Source: Octopus bimaculoides (Eukaryota). Taken from it: a stretch of DNA of 49,163 nt. Positions 10,848-25,640 of this stretch are shown piece after piece; the first letter of the stretch is position 1; each line of letters begins with the position of its first letter. The position numbers and the translations under genes are program-made. The DNA is taken from contig NC_068991.1 of the NCBI RefSeq assembly GCF_001194135.2, positions 79,777,219-79,826,381 of the forward strand, written 5' to 3'. The notes below the pieces were generated by a model. It saw only the letters and a list, made by a program, of their open reading frames with translations. It had not been told where the DNA came from and did no database searches.

Positions 10848-12149
10848 TTATGTATAATATGTGATTCACTTCTTTCGTTTCTCCTGCTACCATTCAACTG
10901 AGTAACTATCTTATTAATCATGGGAAGAAAAAATGATTTACTTATCCGTATAATGCATTGGCCAAATTTCGGTTACATTTTAATGTTCGCCATTCTTTAT
11001 TATATGCAAGGCAAATTTTCATAGACTGTTCAATAACTATATTCATCTGATTAATCATTGGTCTATCGAAAAATATACATTAAACTATATCATAAAAATA
11101 TAATCATATCTATGCATCCGAAATAGCTAATGTCGTAAAAAGACAAAGTAAACTTCAAACACAAATTGCAAAAAGTACACGTAAGTGATACAGTCGCATG
11201 ATCAAATCTAGAACTAAGAAATATGAAAGGAGACAAGTACAGAAAAGCAGTAAAATAGTAAGCCATTTCATCTAAAATAAACCAGAAATCTAGCGTAATA
11301 TGTGAGCGTGTGAGTGTTTGTGTCTGCGCGCGTGTGTTGAAGAAACAGAAAGAGTAAGATACTTTAGTTAAAGTAATTGGTACATTGTAGAAAGACATTA
11401 ATATCGATATATCGCATATTGACAAATATTTAAACCCCAGGTTCAACTAATGTTTATTGAGAACACTTGAATTTGAAGTCTTTCAACTAAACTACAATTC
11501 TCTATCTGTTGTTTGTCCAATATGAGATATTTAGATGGTAGGAATGAAATTGAAGACACCATTTCATTGCATTAATTAACCTACGACTCCTATTTCACCA
11601 TAGCCTGAGATAACCTCTACTCTATTGAACTGATATACCTGTAGGGATATATATACATATATAGCAATAGCAGCTTTGATTGATTTTAATTTTGTTCCGT
11701 TCATATGAATTAATATCGAGCTGAGATAAACTAATATCTCGCTAAATAAAAGTACACGGGCTTTATATAATTTCATCCAATATAATTGGGTTACTTCACT
11801 GAAAAGTTAATGCACATCATTCATTAAATACTTCAATTCCCATGCCTTTAAAATAAGGAGTTCTTCGATTTCAAACAAAATTTTGTTCCTAATACGGAAC
11901 TGGCATATTCTATCTTCTTTCGGGTATATCATTGCTTACCTCAGGACAGAGCTAGTCATGTTTATTACATCGTTTCTTTAACAAACGCTGCAATTCTTAA
12001 ATATATTCCACCTGTGTGATAATCGGTATGTCATTCTATATCTACATGAAAATACGATTTTGAAAAATTAGATCCTGATAAGTCTTGTGTCAATAGGCCG
12101 AACGTCTGTTAAGCTGCAATAAAACAATTGTTATATATTTCGAGCATTA

Positions 12150-12600
12150 TTGGGTTCGTATACTCGATGGAGATGTGACCTTTGGTACTATCAGTACCGT
12201 CCAGTTCGGGGATTGTTGTAGATTTCATTTCCAAAATTTGGAGCCAGACCCTCCATTTTCCACATGTAAGGCACTGCATATCTATCGCGTCTCCTCTCCA
12301 AGGGGTAGAGTCCCTGTTCCCTCAATCTCTCCCAGTAGCCCATGTGTTTTACTGAGTCTTCGTGAAGTGGCGTTGGATCGCTTCTAGTTCCGCAATTAGT
12401 TCCACACTCTTTGGGGACCACAGTTGGGAGCAGTAGTCCAGACGACTGAGGACAAATGTTCTCCAAAGCAGAAGCTTTGTATCTCTGTTCCTGGTCTTGA
12501 AGGATCTAAGGATCCAATCTGTCACCCGCCTGTTTAGTGTTGCCATCTAAGCAATGTACAAATGGAAAGTTGCGTTATTGTTCATGTGGATTCCCAGGTA
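12150..12600 (-). pseudogene. CR1/L2-type LINE fragment, 3' part of reverse transcriptase ORF
   Basis: Minus strand: YLGIHMNNNATFH..*MATLNRRVTDWILRSFKTR..LLLWRTFVLSRLDYCSQLWSP..LEAIQRHFTK, then in a shifted frame YWERLREQGLYPLERRRDRY..YMWK.EGL.PNFG..NPRTGR. These are typical CR1-group RT C-terminal motifs. Confidence 0.88.
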
Positions 12601-12602
12601 AT

Positions 12603-12714
<112 letters not shown>

Positions 12715-12976
12715 NNNNNNNNNNNNNNNNNNNNNNNNNNNNNNNNNNNNNNNNNNNNNNNNNNNNNNNNNNNNNNNNNNNNNNNNNNNNNNNNNNNNNN
12801 NNNNNNNNNNNNNNNNNNNNNNNNNNNNNNNNNNNNNNNNNNNNNNNNNNNNNNNNNNNNNNNNNNNNNNNNNNNNNNNNNNNNNNNNNNNNNNNNNNNN
12901 NNNNNNNNNNNNNNNNNNNNNNNNNNNNNNNNNNNNNNNNNNNNNNNNNNNNNNNNNNNNNNNNNNNNNNNNNNNN

Positions 12977-13018
<42 letters not shown>

Positions 13019-13731
13019 GATAATAATAATCGATGAAGGGAACGGAGGATATTTATAAAGATATATGCTTTCTTGTATATATATTCACATATATGTATAC
13101 ACACACGTGTGTATGTGTGTGTTTGTGACTGTGTGAGTGTATTTATATGTTTATATGACTGTGTAAATATATGTAGGTACGAATGCATGCACGCACATAT
13201 GTACCTATTTATATATTTATGAAAATTACTTGCTCTTTGCGCGAAACCAAACATTCAACTTTCTCCATTTCATCTTTAGCATTGTAAACAGGACGTTCGA
13301 TTGTCCTCAATCCTGTTGGCTGACAACATAATGAATCTTTTGGGTAGCATTTAAGTGCCTATTCACGTAGGCAGGATTTGACTGAAATAACTCACACTGA
13401 AACTTAGAAGTACGTCCTATTGTTTCTATGGCTTAAATGAAAAAAAAAAAATGAAAAAAACTCATTATGCAGGACGTTTATGTTCAGATGTTAAGGATTA
13501 GGATTATTTGTGATATCTTCAGCCACTTAGATTAACTTTCAATTACAAAAACATTCAGTTAATCCCCAAACTGAGATAGTGACCGTACAAACGGATGGAC
13601 GTACACTTTTTTAAGGCTACATATATTTACACACAAACGCAGACACACACACACACACACACACGCGCGCACACGCACACGCACACACACACACACACGC
13701 ACACGCACACACACACACATATATATATATA

Positions 13732-14159
13732 CAGGTACACTAAGTGGACATCCATTTTGCTAGAAGAAGGCCCCCTATGGTCTCACCACTAAGAAAAGAT
13801 TGTTTTCAAGAAAATTCAGCGCGCCAGAACGAAAACTTTTGAAATAGCACCCCAAATGTAATTAGTAGTACTATATACATGTTCAATCTTAAGCGGACGT
13901 CTCGTGTATAGTTCTGCAAATTATATTGCCAAGGCGATCATACTGAAAAGTTGCGGACAACTACGTATATAATTACGTAAGTGATAACAACGAAAACGGT
14001 CTGTGATTAATCTTTATATTTTGGTTCTTTTCATTCGTCTTGTTCAGTTACGTTCTAGTGTTTTGCTGAATCTTTCTTGAGAAAAATATTTTCATAGTGG
14101 TCAGAGCACAGGTTGTCTTCTTCTAGCAAAATGGATGTCCACTTAGTGGTCAACCCTCT
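13732..14159. mobile_element. Tc1/mariner-type MITE (~430 bp) with long terminal inverted repeats
   Basis: Perfect 32-bp inverted repeat cactaagtggacatccattttgctagaagaag (13738-13769) / 14117-14148, extending imperfectly to ~95 bp. TA dinucleotides at 13730-13731 and 14160-14161. The left end starts TA|CAGG. Confidence 0.72.
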
Positions 14160-15283
14160 TATATACATGTAATAGTTTGCTGAATCTTCAGAGTTTTCAA
14201 TTTGCTAAGCCACTGGTTTTAAATTGATATTAATTAAATTAATATTCAATTTTTCACCCCTATATTTATATATATATATATATATATATATAGACAAAGG
14301 AATAATCAATCATGTTATGAAAGTCATTACCTTACAGCTGTTTCTGCATTGCACCTATATTTTCATATTTGAGTCCATGAGTATCGCTCTACAGCTTCAT
14401 CGGAGCTATGCACATGAAGTGTTATTAGTTTCACAATACCCAAGCGAGATGTGTGTGTGCGTATTTAATATTTGTTTATAATAAATTCAATATTACATTG
14501 ATCTGCATGGTTACTCTGTACTCAGAGTACAAATTTTATTCTTTAACAAGCCTATTATCGACAGTGACTTGGAAGCCACCATTGAAATGTAATGTATTAA
14601 GTTAATCTTGGCTTCGTATACTCTCTGAGATAAAATTTTATTGGGCTTGTGGGGTTCACTTGAATGGTAATTAGGTTTCAGGTTAGAATATGATGAAGTG
14701 AGATTGTGAAGAAATTATATTCATTACATTTTGGGTTATGTTTTGGTTCAGAACGAACTTCTTTATGCGTATAGAACTTTGTCAAAAGGTGTAACCCCCC
14801 CCCCCACCTCATATACATACGTATGTATATATGCATATATATATTTATATATATATATATATATATATATNNNNNNNNNNNNNNNNNNNNNNNNNNNNNN
14901 NNNNNNNNNNNNNNNNNNNNNNNNNNNNNNNNNNNNNNNNNNNNNNNNNNNNNNNNNATGTACATGAAGTTATAAATATTGAATATGTATTATGCGATTT
15001 AAAATTAAACGTCACTATACGCAAAGAGATGTACATAAAGAGAGAAAGAAATAAAGAAAGTAATAAAGCAAGAAACAAATAAAAAGGAATGGATATAGAT
15101 ATATACACATCTACATGTCTGTATGTTATAGTTTGACATTCTCCGCTATTGACACGTACTACATACTTTGCATATATATTTTTTCTATCTATTTATGTAA
15201 CTAATTATCACTCTCCCCTTCTATCTATAAATATATACACACACCCATGTGTATATTTCTCTATATCTGTCTATTTATCTATC

Positions 15284-15332
<49 letters not shown>

Positions 15333-15334
15333 GC

Positions 15335-15408
<74 letters not shown>

Positions 15409-17099
15409 AGAGAGAGAGAGAGGGGGGGAGAGGAGAAACATACGGATAAGATGTGCAGTGTATGTCAATAACCGGGAATGTCAATCTCGTTATATCAAAA
15501 TTATCTTCATACATTCTCGTTGCTCATTCAGGTTGAATATAATTCTATCAAAGTTATTGTCATTACTATTCAATTCTATTTCGATCAAAATTAAAATTAC
15601 ATATTGGAAATTAAAGTTTGCAGATCTATCAAATATAAACATGTAAAAAGCAACATGTAAGTACGAAACAAAGACGGATAGTGAATATTCATTCCAACAG
15701 CTCTGATCTACGTTGACGGATAATTACAATAAATCTATTTCACTATTATTTCTCTACTTGCTATAGAAATCAATAAAATCGTCTGTATTTAATGGCAAGA
15801 TGGCCAGTATTTGATAAAGAAAGAATATGAATATGCTGAAGTAATATGATTCTGCTGACGTGTATCTATGAATATAGAATAGGATAATTTTTTAGCGCTG
15901 AGAATGGCATTGTGATCATAAATATTACACGAAATATTGTACTCTTGCGATAATACAATTCAGCTGCTGACCAACTTTTGTAACTCTGTAAGCTTATACA
16001 AAATATGCCACATGTCGAGAATTTTGAATTGCATACATAAACCAAGCTTCACTAACATCTGCCACCGAAATATCTATCCACCCATACACATACATACATA
16101 CATACATACATATACACATACATATACACATACATATATACATACATAGGTGTATATAAATCGTAACCGGTGAAGTAAAAGAAAGAAGCGGATTGCCACC
16201 CTCATCCACATTACGGTAGAAATCTTTTGCACAAATGTTGCAGCTGTTCATTTATATATTAGAGAGATGAAACTCTATACTTATCATGCATTTGTTACCT
16301 TCTCTTTGGTAATAAACAGATCATTTCGTTTGCAATGTAAACGAATAATGCAAAAGCTTTCGTATACAGCGAAATAATATCAAATCATTGATTAATATCC
16401 GTTTAAGGTAAATATTACTTTTGGTATTCAATTGGTACGTTTTTGTTGGTTATGTCAACAGAGTTGAATAGATGCATTTTGGGTGATGAAGGTAAATGTT
16501 AACATAATAACGGATGTGATAATTCATGACAGGTTTCTGCAATGCTATGCTGTGTGGCCATTCCTTGTGTATGTGTGCGTGTGTATGTGTGTATGTGTGT
16601 GTGTGTCTGTCTGGCTTTCTGGCTGCGTATGTGTGAGTATATGTCTATGTATGTATTATGTGCGCATACATATGTGCTTACAACAGAAAACTAAGAAATG
16701 GATTTATTTGATACATAAACTATTTGAAAATAAAACCGTTTCATAGACAAAAGAATATTATTTGGGTTGAAGTCTTAAGAAACCATAAATAAACTGGACA
16801 TATTTCTAAAGAATTTACTTTACTACAAATGAAATACTGTGCCTTGACTACAAATGGCTGTGTTACATCTTCCTAAACCGAAAAGGAGAATCGATTTTTA
16901 TTACATGATTTTTTTTTAATGTCAGATCTGTTTGTTGATGCCACTGATCTGTATAGGTGGATGCACTGAATGTTGCTAAAACATTCTGTATATGTTCTAT
17001 GAATGAAAGGATAAAATGAACGATAACTTTCTAAGTTTCTTTCTTATAGGAGCGGCTGAGTGCAATGTTCAGCATTTAAAAGTTGATGTATAATAAAGG

Positions 17100-17300
17100 T
17101 TAGTGATAGGTGAGAGGTGATTGATTCAGATGCGATCTGATTGAAGTAGTATTATTGTGGCTAAGGACGAATAAATCGAGGCAGGGACTTAAATCAGAGG
17201 GAAAAGTTGGCACGTTGAAGTGAGTTTCATTTAATATTTAGAAAAGGAGGAAAGGCCTTAGGTTCCCTTACTTCAAGGATTGGTGTGAGGGCAGGACCGG
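17100..17300 (-). pseudogene. Possible ancient LINE endonuclease (APE) relic
   Basis: Minus strand, allowing one frameshift, gives PT.FPSDLSPCLDLFVLS, resembling the PTR...LDLFLT motif of APE domains. Short and heavily degraded. Confidence 0.25.
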
Positions 17301-18701
17301 TGGAGGACTTCGGGAGGGCTGGTCTCCTAAAGCTAGACCTATGGAGCAAATCCAACAGAGTGGACTCCATTAGAATTGACTAAGTCGCCAGATGGCAACT
17401 TGGAATTAAGTCTACCTCCACAAAAGCGATGGTGGGATTTGAACTATGAACACAAAGGGTTGACGTACATAGTTATTTAAAAATAAACAATGGGGAACTC
17501 AATTAGATAAGGCTAGATAGAATACCAACACATTGGATTGGCAGAGTCATATAAGCACTGAATTGAACACATGTATGTTCGGACTCTGAGCGTTTTGAGG
17601 TCAGATCTGCCGAACTCAGCTTTATCTGTCATCATTTCGGGTTTGATGAAGATACAGGACAGTAATTTGGTGAGAATGTAAAAACACAAGAGTAGATACC
17701 TTGAGATAAATGCCGACAACTAAACACTTTAACCATATGACTAATCGCTCGCAGTTTACCTGAACTTAAGCAACATAATCTTGAATATTTTACTGAAGAA
17801 TGAATTTGCTAGAAATAGCATCATTTATTCTATTATGCCTATAAATTTTTAACTGCAACCTGTTGTCTTAGATGAACAAAACCTGAATATTGAAATATAA
17901 AAGCAGGAACAGTTCTGCGACAATACCTATGACCGTTTATGAAAAGGTGTGACATGCCGGTTAAAAGGTTCACCTCGTAACAGCTTGTTTTCACAATATT
18001 CCTACTATGTTATGACATTCACAGCACGTAGACGCCGCACCCCAGTATTTGCCAGCCATTTCTAAAGAGCCGAAAGAGCCGAAATCTTGTCATTTTATAA
18101 AAAGTTAGCAAAATTACAAGCTGTGTATCTGTGTGCAGGCGTGCGCGTAACTTCATTTTATGTATATCAACGAAGAATATAGACACCGGTAGCCTACCTC
18201 ACTGTTCTTCACAAATTATAATATTAAATGGAAAAAAAATGTCTGCTCAAATATTGTGGACCTGAGATTAAAAACAACAAAATGCAGCCGGTCAGATGTA
18301 TGATCTACAACGTTATATCGCTAAGTGATTTGGAAAACAGATGAGATTCACTCCTCTCACTCTCCCTCGTCCAACAACACTACAACCAATAAACCTTTGT
18401 AAATAGATAAACACAACGAATATTGGAAAACGTGTATTAAAAGACTCATCTTTCTAATAACAACAGCAGCAACAAGCCTTGATCTCCTCTCCACTCTATA
18501 GATTATATCTAGTTTAGGTTTAGGAGTATTTATTTAGTTGAGAAAAAAGTATCATGTCACAATCTATGGCCGTTCAACGAGAAAATGTTTGTTTTCAAAA
18601 GCAATCATATGCAAAGCTGTTAGCAGACCAGAATGAATAAATGTATTTCATACACCTAGATTGACCGAGCTACTAACAATACTATTCAGCTAAGAACATT
18701 T

Positions 18702-18737
<36 letters not shown>

Positions 18738-21342
18738 NNNNNNNNNNNNNNNNNNNNNNNNNNNNNNNNNNNNNNNNNNNNNNNNNNNNNNNNNNNNNNN
18801 NNNNNNNNNNNNNNNNNNNNNNNNNNNNNNNNNNNNNNNNNNNNNNNNNNNNNNNNNNNNNNNNNNNNNNNNNNNNNNNNNNNNNNNNNNNNNNNNNNNN
18901 NNNNNNNNNNNNNNNNNNNNNNNNNNNNNNNNNNNNNNNNNNNNNNNNNNNNNNNNNNNNNNNNNNNNNNNNNNNNNNNNNNATATATATATATATGTGT
19001 GTGTGCGTGTGTGTGTGTGTGTGTGTGGGTGGGTGTGTACGAATACGTCATATTTGAGGACGGTCATATCTTTATCCAATCAAACACACACACTGCGCGT
19101 GTGTTTAATAACCAAAATTATGATCATCGCAAAATGTAACGATATATGGTTTAACGCACGATTTCACAGAAATCTTGCAGAAGAAATACATAATCACACA
19201 CACACACACACATACAGAGATGTGTATGTGTGTGTATATATGTATGTGTGTATGTGTGTATATATATGTGGATATTTGTGTGTCTCCGTATTCATATATA
19301 TATAAATATGTATATACATATATATATCAGCATAAATATCATCTATATATGGTGTCTCCTTAAAATCTATGTAGAAATTGAATTAGTATAAAGTGAGGAT
19401 CTATCATAATACATTTCCAAAATTCAATACAATCTACTGTCAGAATTCAATTTTGTTCTGAGCTCCTTTTTGTCACAAGCAATAACAAAATTTTGTTTGC
19501 TATTTGTACACATTCTAGTTCAACGGCTGACCTGAATTCGTCGAGTGTCACCTGTTTTTTAACATAAATTTTATCTTATTCGTATTCCTACAAAATAATG
19601 TCTAGTGGTTTCAAATTCGATAGACGCAGAGGTTATGCTACTGATCTTCGTCCAATCTACCTACTCGTCAAAATCTTATTAACATAGGCCCTTATATTAT
19701 TGTGGTAGCGTGGAGGTGCCCCATCTTTTTGGGGGGCGACGAAGAATGCCCCGATTAATCCTTTTGATGATAATCTTCCTTATAATGTAACTTCTGATAA
19801 ATTAGAACGATGTTCCTTTGTAATATTCTAATTTTAGGTCTATTCTAAGGTCTTCTACAATTCTAAGGTCCCCTACAAGAGAGAATGCGGCGAATGTTTG
19901 GTGGATTTTTTTCAGTTATTTCAGTCTGATTTTTAGTAATTAATCTATGGAGCCTATCATTACTAGTATACATGCAAATTATTATTTTTCCTATTTTTCT
20001 TATGGCCGTGCGATAGTTCAAAACACACACACACACACACTGGAGGGAAACGATAATCGTCCCAGCAGAGACTAGCGTAAGCACCAGATGCATTTCGCTT
20101 TCGATCAACCCTGTCACTGACATTACATATGATAGGTTTTCTTTCAGCCTCGAAAAACAACTACTAATACAGTTCTTAAATTTGACAGAAACCAATATGA
20201 TAATTCCCTGGTGTAATGGTAGCGCACTTAACCGCATTATCAAAGGTATGTGTGTTCGACTCCCACGCGGTTAAGAAAGTTAATTCTTTTTTTTTTCTGT
20301 CGAGGGCTTATATGCTCCATTATTAGAATAGATATAGATGTTGGCCGCTTCTTCACTCTCGAATACATCCATTGCTTGAACCTTTTCAAAATCAGTCGTA
20401 TTTTTGAGCAGCACATAAGTGACTTTTCAGGCCGGGACGGGGTTTCCTCTCTTTGGCAGAGACGTTGTCAACACTCGACAAGAGGAACCACTTGTTATTC
20501 ATCATACACGAAATGTTAGACATTTCCAAGGATATTTTCATGCAATCTTTCAACATGGGCTGAGAACAATCAGCAATTACCTTCCCTTCGATTTTTGTCT
20601 ATATACTGATCCATTTGCACAACAAACTCTCATTCAAGCAACATGAACGAAAAGCTTCTTAAGAAAATACGAAATTGCTATATTTTCACTAAATTCAATG
20701 TCATGATAAGCGAAACACGAAATCGGACGACTGTCATAACATTCTACCCTTTAAAATATATTACAAATATATAAATTGTGTGTAGTTTCCTTCTTTTAGT
20801 ATATAATTTTTGCTACATTTCACCACATGGGGGGAAATCTCTTGAACGAAATTCTTTTTACTACTCAAACCCACACGTAATTTATATATACATATATATT
20901 TTATTTATATATATACATACATACATACATACAAACATTTATACATAAATATTTATTTTATATTCATATATACATATACATATTTACATACATATTGCTT
21001 TGACTATACAGACAAGAAAATATGCGCGCACACACATTTAATGATATGACATGAGGTCATATTAAATTATATCATATCATATTATATTCTATCATATCAT
21101 ATTTAATCAGCAGACGTTAAATAGTAACTCAAAGATCAAGTGTGTCGTGCTCCGACGCTTCTCAAACTTACGAAGTTTGGTACATGCATATATTAAACTA
21201 TATTAATTAAGCTTTTTAATGTCAAATTATAATTAAATCAATTTAAAATAAAACTGGAGAGCTACACCAAACCTTTGTAGAGTATATAGGGGGAAACGTC
21301 GAAGGTCACAGTTCCCGTCTTCTAAAATTCTAATATATATAT

Positions 21343-21545
21343 ATGCATATGTATGTCTGTCTGTCAATCTATTTATTAATCAATCAATCTGTCTATTTAT
21401 CTATCAGTCAATCTATCTATCTGTCAGTCAATCTATCTATCTGTCAGTCAATCTATCTATCTGTCAGTCAATCTATCTATCTGTCAGCCAATCTATCCAT
21501 CTCTCGTCCAATTTATGTATCTGTCTGTCTGTCCATCCATCCTTG
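21343..21545. repeat. Compound (TCTA/TCTG/TCAG) tetranucleotide tract with a 20-bp higher-order unit
   Basis: atctatctatctgtcagtca repeated about 4-5 times at 21410-21500. Confidence 0.9.
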
Positions 21546-22199
21546 CATAAGTAAGTTTTTTTATCGATAATAACTTGCCTCTTTATATGATTCTGCACTC
21601 GCTTATGCCCAGATATATATAAATAAACACACTGAAAACGTACTTTCGCAGTCGATATATCATAATGCGATATTTGTTCTGACGCTATAATTCAATTTCG
21701 CACGTAAATTCGACAACGATATTTTTTCATACGAATTTAAAACAGTTTTATTGAAATCACACTGTTTTCCAATTTAGAAGTTTTGCCGATTTTAACAATC
21801 ATCTCTCAAAATTATTGATTCCTAGCGTGTAACAAGAAAAATATATGTGTATAATTATAATCTTGAAATCCTAAGGAAATTTGAAATTAAACAAATTTTT
21901 ATTTTAATAGATATTCCCGAGCTCTTATTAAAATAAAAATAAAATAACAAACAATATTATTAATATTATGAAATTTTTTTTATATGTAAACGATGGCGAC
22001 ATCAAGTGCAGCATTACCTGAAAAATTTGTCTGGATTCTTGACACGTGAATTTAACCTTGTCGAACGCTGATATACTCTGATTATATGAAGCAAATTGAA
22101 GACACTAATCTGCATATATCAATGTAGAACATAAACGGGATAATTTGCTTCGTTTTATAGGCACAAGGACAGAGATTTTAAGGAAGCGAGTATATTGAT

Positions 22200-22372
22200 A
22201 CAATTGATCCCGGTACTTCATGTGTATCATGATTTATGAACTCCGAAAGGACAAAAGACAAAGTTGATCATGGCGGGATTCGAATTCAGAATGTAATGAA
22301 CAGGAAGAAATACCGCAAGGCATTTAGTTTGACTTTAACAATTTCGCTACAACGACGCCTTTCAGTGGCAGT
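22200..22372 (-). mobile_element. Degraded SINE, family S1
   Basis: aactccgaaaggacaaaagacaaagttgatcatggcgggattcgaattcagaatgtaa...aaataccgcaaggcattt aligns to the reverse complement of 47641-47780. Confidence 0.7.
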
Positions 22373-22789
22373 TTAAATGTTACTTCAATCTGACGTACAG
22401 ATGTTAGATCGCAGTGGTCAAGTACTCTTCTGCATTTAATGAACAGTTGTTGATATAACACAGGCACGTATGCATTTGCCTGTGTCACGAACGGGACAGC
22501 GGGCAAGCGCGTACGAATTATCGTCGATGTCGGCCTATTTCCGCTGACTCATATTTCCGTAGGAGATGTGAGACGTTTTGCCTCAGCCATTTTGGCCTTG
22601 TCTATTTCGTATCCTTCCTTAATTTCTCTCTCCCCTCGTCTGTGTGTGTGTGTAAGTGTGTGTGAGTGAGTGTGTCTGAGTGAGTATGTGTGATGTGAGA
22701 TTACGTGTGAGCATATTTTTGTTTCTGTGAAAGACAAAAGAGAATATGCCAACTGTGTCTGTCCCTCGCTCTTTCTCTCTCTCTCTCTC

Positions 22790-22969
22790 GTTATCTATAT
22801 GTATATATTTCTGCATATATATATATACAGATATATATATACATATATACATATATATACACATATATATACACATATATACATATATATATACACATAT
22901 ATATGCATATATACATATATATACACATATATATACACATATATATATACATATATACATAAATATACG

Positions 22970-23026
<57 letters not shown>

Positions 23027-23045
23027 ATATACATATACACGTGAG
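22790..23045. repeat. Degenerate (TA)n/(CA)n microsatellite field
   Basis: Directly visible. Confidence 0.95.
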
Positions 23046-23110
23046 TGCGTGTGTGAATATGTGTAGGGTGTCTCAAAAGAGTATACATAGTTTAAAAACT
23101 GAAGAACTAA

Positions 23111-23174
23111 CACCACCAGGAATCGAACTCCCGACCTTGCGCTCGTGTGACCACTCTCCTAACCACTCAGCCAC
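23111..23174 (-). mobile_element. Isolated tRNA-like SINE head
   Basis: Reverse complement gtggctgagtggttagg...aaggtcgggagttcgattcctggtggtg has A box (TGGCTGAGTGG) and B box (GTTCGATTCC). The anticodon and acceptor stems do not pair, so it is not a tRNA gene. Confidence 0.6.
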
Positions 23175-23574
23175 AAACTTTCACAGACGTATCACACCTT
23201 TCGCAGATATCACATGATTTTGCATGTGAAATATCATGTTCATATTGATGCTATGCGATTAGTCGTACTTATGACGACGGCAAATTAATTTAGTTTGTTT
23301 TTATGTGCAACTCTGATATGAAAATATTAAAAGCTAATTTTTTGGGTAAATATCTCGATTAGATAAAAGTATGAAATGCGAATAACGCTTCAAATAGGAG
23401 GATGTCGAATATACAGCAGCGTAGGTTTTATCCTAGAATGTGTGATAGATACGATAAGCAGGAATATTAAAGTTACAGAAAACATTTTTTTCGTTTTCCT
23501 TGTGAACGTGAATTTTCTGTTCTTTTTCACGTTGATTTCTTTGATAAGCACATAGTTTAGAATCAGATACATTG

Positions 23575-24594
23575 AAAACTTTCATAACATGACTGAGAGA
23601 CTAAACTATATAGGCAGAGGCAGCAGAGGCTTAACATCGATCCAAATGGCTTTGTACGTCGTATCATATCCCTTCGACAACATCTTTTCACCACCATATT
23701 TCGAAGTGCATTCCTTGACCAAATTTGCATACATGAGGCTGATAACATCATTAGACTTGGAAGGCAGCTCCTCGAGCAACATTCCTTGACTGGTAACCTT
23801 AAATATATGCCCAAAGAAGTCGCACGTCTCTACCGCATCTTATCATCAGTTGAAAGGATGAGCCTATATAAGCAGAAGACTATGCATGGATATATCAATA
23901 CAAAGCTCCGAGATGATAGTAACATTGATCATGAAAGCAGTCTATCATGGAACAATACCCGGATTACTACCTCCCACTTTGGAGGGTATGCGTTTGCAAT
24001 CCAGAAACAGCATATATCAACCTGATGCGCAAAAGGGATAGAGATGCAGACTTTGTGGAGTTAACATGGAAGACATCACCCACATCATAAGCAGTTGTGC
24101 AAAAATGTCAACACGGTATTATTTACCGATGAGGTTTGGTGTAGATAGGACAGTATATAATGAAATCCATCGGAAGGATAATCCCGAGGACAAAGAATTA
24201 AGAAGACACAGTATGGTAGAAGCCATAGCCACTCATAATAAAAGGAGTACTAGTGGAATGCCCCAGTGAAGACTTCAGTAAAATATAAGCCCAATAGAAC
24301 TGATATAATGATTTGGGATAGAGAAGAGAAATTGTGTACAGTTGTGAAAATTAGCTGTCAAGCGGATCTTAACATAAAGCTGAAGATCGGTAAAAATGAG
24401 AATACCTACACTGAACTATTGAGAAATCTTCAATTACTGTATCATGATTACAAGTCCAGGTTTATATACCTGTAACTACTGGAGCCTAAATCTTGAGAAA
24501 TTAGGCTTCTCAAATCCAGATTCGAAGACTACAGATCCAATCCATCATTGGAACTGTAAAAATCTGTAAAACTTTGCAGAATTTCATCATTTAA
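23575..24594 (+). pseudogene. R4/Dong-type non-LTR retrotransposon, 3' fragment (post-RT region, CCHC knuckle, restriction-like endonuclease)
   Basis: Broken frames give ERL.YIGRGSRGLTSIQ, FAIQ.Q.I.T, RCRLCGVNMEDITHIISSC (C-x2-C-x8-H-x4-C), KYKPNRTDIMIWDREEKLCTVVKISC (PD...E-like REL core), ENTYTELLRNLQLLY and RRLQIQSIIGTVKICKTL..* (stop 24592-24594). Confidence 0.88.
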
Positions 24595-24626
24595 ATATAT
24601 ATGGGCATGTCTAGATATGTAACTAT

Positions 24627-24750
24627 AGACCGATAGAATAAGTACTAGGCTTACAAAGAATAAGTCCTGGGGCCGACTTGCACGACTAAAGGTGGTGCTC
24701 CAGCATGGCCGCAGTGAAATGACTGAAACAAGGAAAAGTGTAAAAGAGAT
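24627..24750 (+). mobile_element. SINE family S2, 3' half
   Basis: agaccgatagaataagtactaggcttacaaagaataagtcctgggg...gtgctccagcatggccgcagtgaaatgactgaaacaagg matches 8958-9071. Confidence 0.85.
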
Positions 24751-25640
24751 ACCAATGGAGTAAGGATATGTCAGATTTTACAGAAGAGAATACATATAAC
24801 TGAACACGATGGAAACCTGACTGCCTGCTTAAACATTAGGATAATTTTTAACTGACACCTTCAAAGTGACACATACTTGGCATTGTGTTTGTCAACCTAC
24901 AGCAGGATGACACTAATGCTTACACTCAATACCCACCACTCTACATTAGCATTCAAACTGCATGCTCTCACCTTATCTAGATCCCCTCTCACGAATATAT
25001 TTAGAACTTTTAGATCTAATCTTATAATCAATCCGCAACCTACTCTCCATTTCCCATAAACACAATACCAAGAAGATGATTCACATATAAATTTACATCT
25101 AAACAAATAGGTTTTGACATTTCATACCATTTCTTAATCTTTGTTAATAATTTTCTTTTAATTCTCCCATATATCTTTCACTGGCAGAACAGTCATTACA
25201 CAAAATTACCTGATATTATGTTCATTCCGAATATTAACACCTGAACTTTTTTCTTTTTCACCCATTCATATTCATTTTTGAATTCCTTCAAATCACCTTT
25301 CATTTTCTCATTTTGAAATACACAGTTGATTTAAGGGGCGTGTATCTAGGCTGGCATATATGTAATTTATTTTCCTTTATCCTCTACCGCTCATCACATC
25401 TCATTCTTTATAGTTTCCCAACTTGCATCACAAGAAGCCATGTTTGTTTTGCCTGATGTAATAGCGAATGGCAGAGGTGGGGTCTCGATGCAATTTTGCA
25501 AGTTGCATGAAATGCAAATTGCTGTTTTACTTTTTATCGTTTATCTTTTACTTATTTCAATCATTAGACTGCGGCAATGCTGGTGCAACACTTTGAAGAC
25601 GTTTTTCAGACGAATGAACTGACACCAGTACCTAGCTTTT

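Noticed and set aside
15994-16251. MNSCNICAKDFYR.. resembling the start of a C2H2 zinc finger
   Set aside because: No His pair at the required spacing; the ORF runs into a microsatellite and has no convincing splice donor.
19863-20243. 126-aa minus-strand ORF
   Set aside because: It includes a (TG)n tract, has no recognisable domain, and its length is compatible with chance.
20209-20275. tRNA-like sequence with A/B boxes and a 9-bp inverted repeat (cttaaccgc/gcggttaag)
   Set aside because: It does not fold into a cloverleaf; at most a decayed SINE head.
23111-23174. Possible tRNA gene
   Set aside because: Acceptor and anticodon stems do not pair; kept only as a SINE head.
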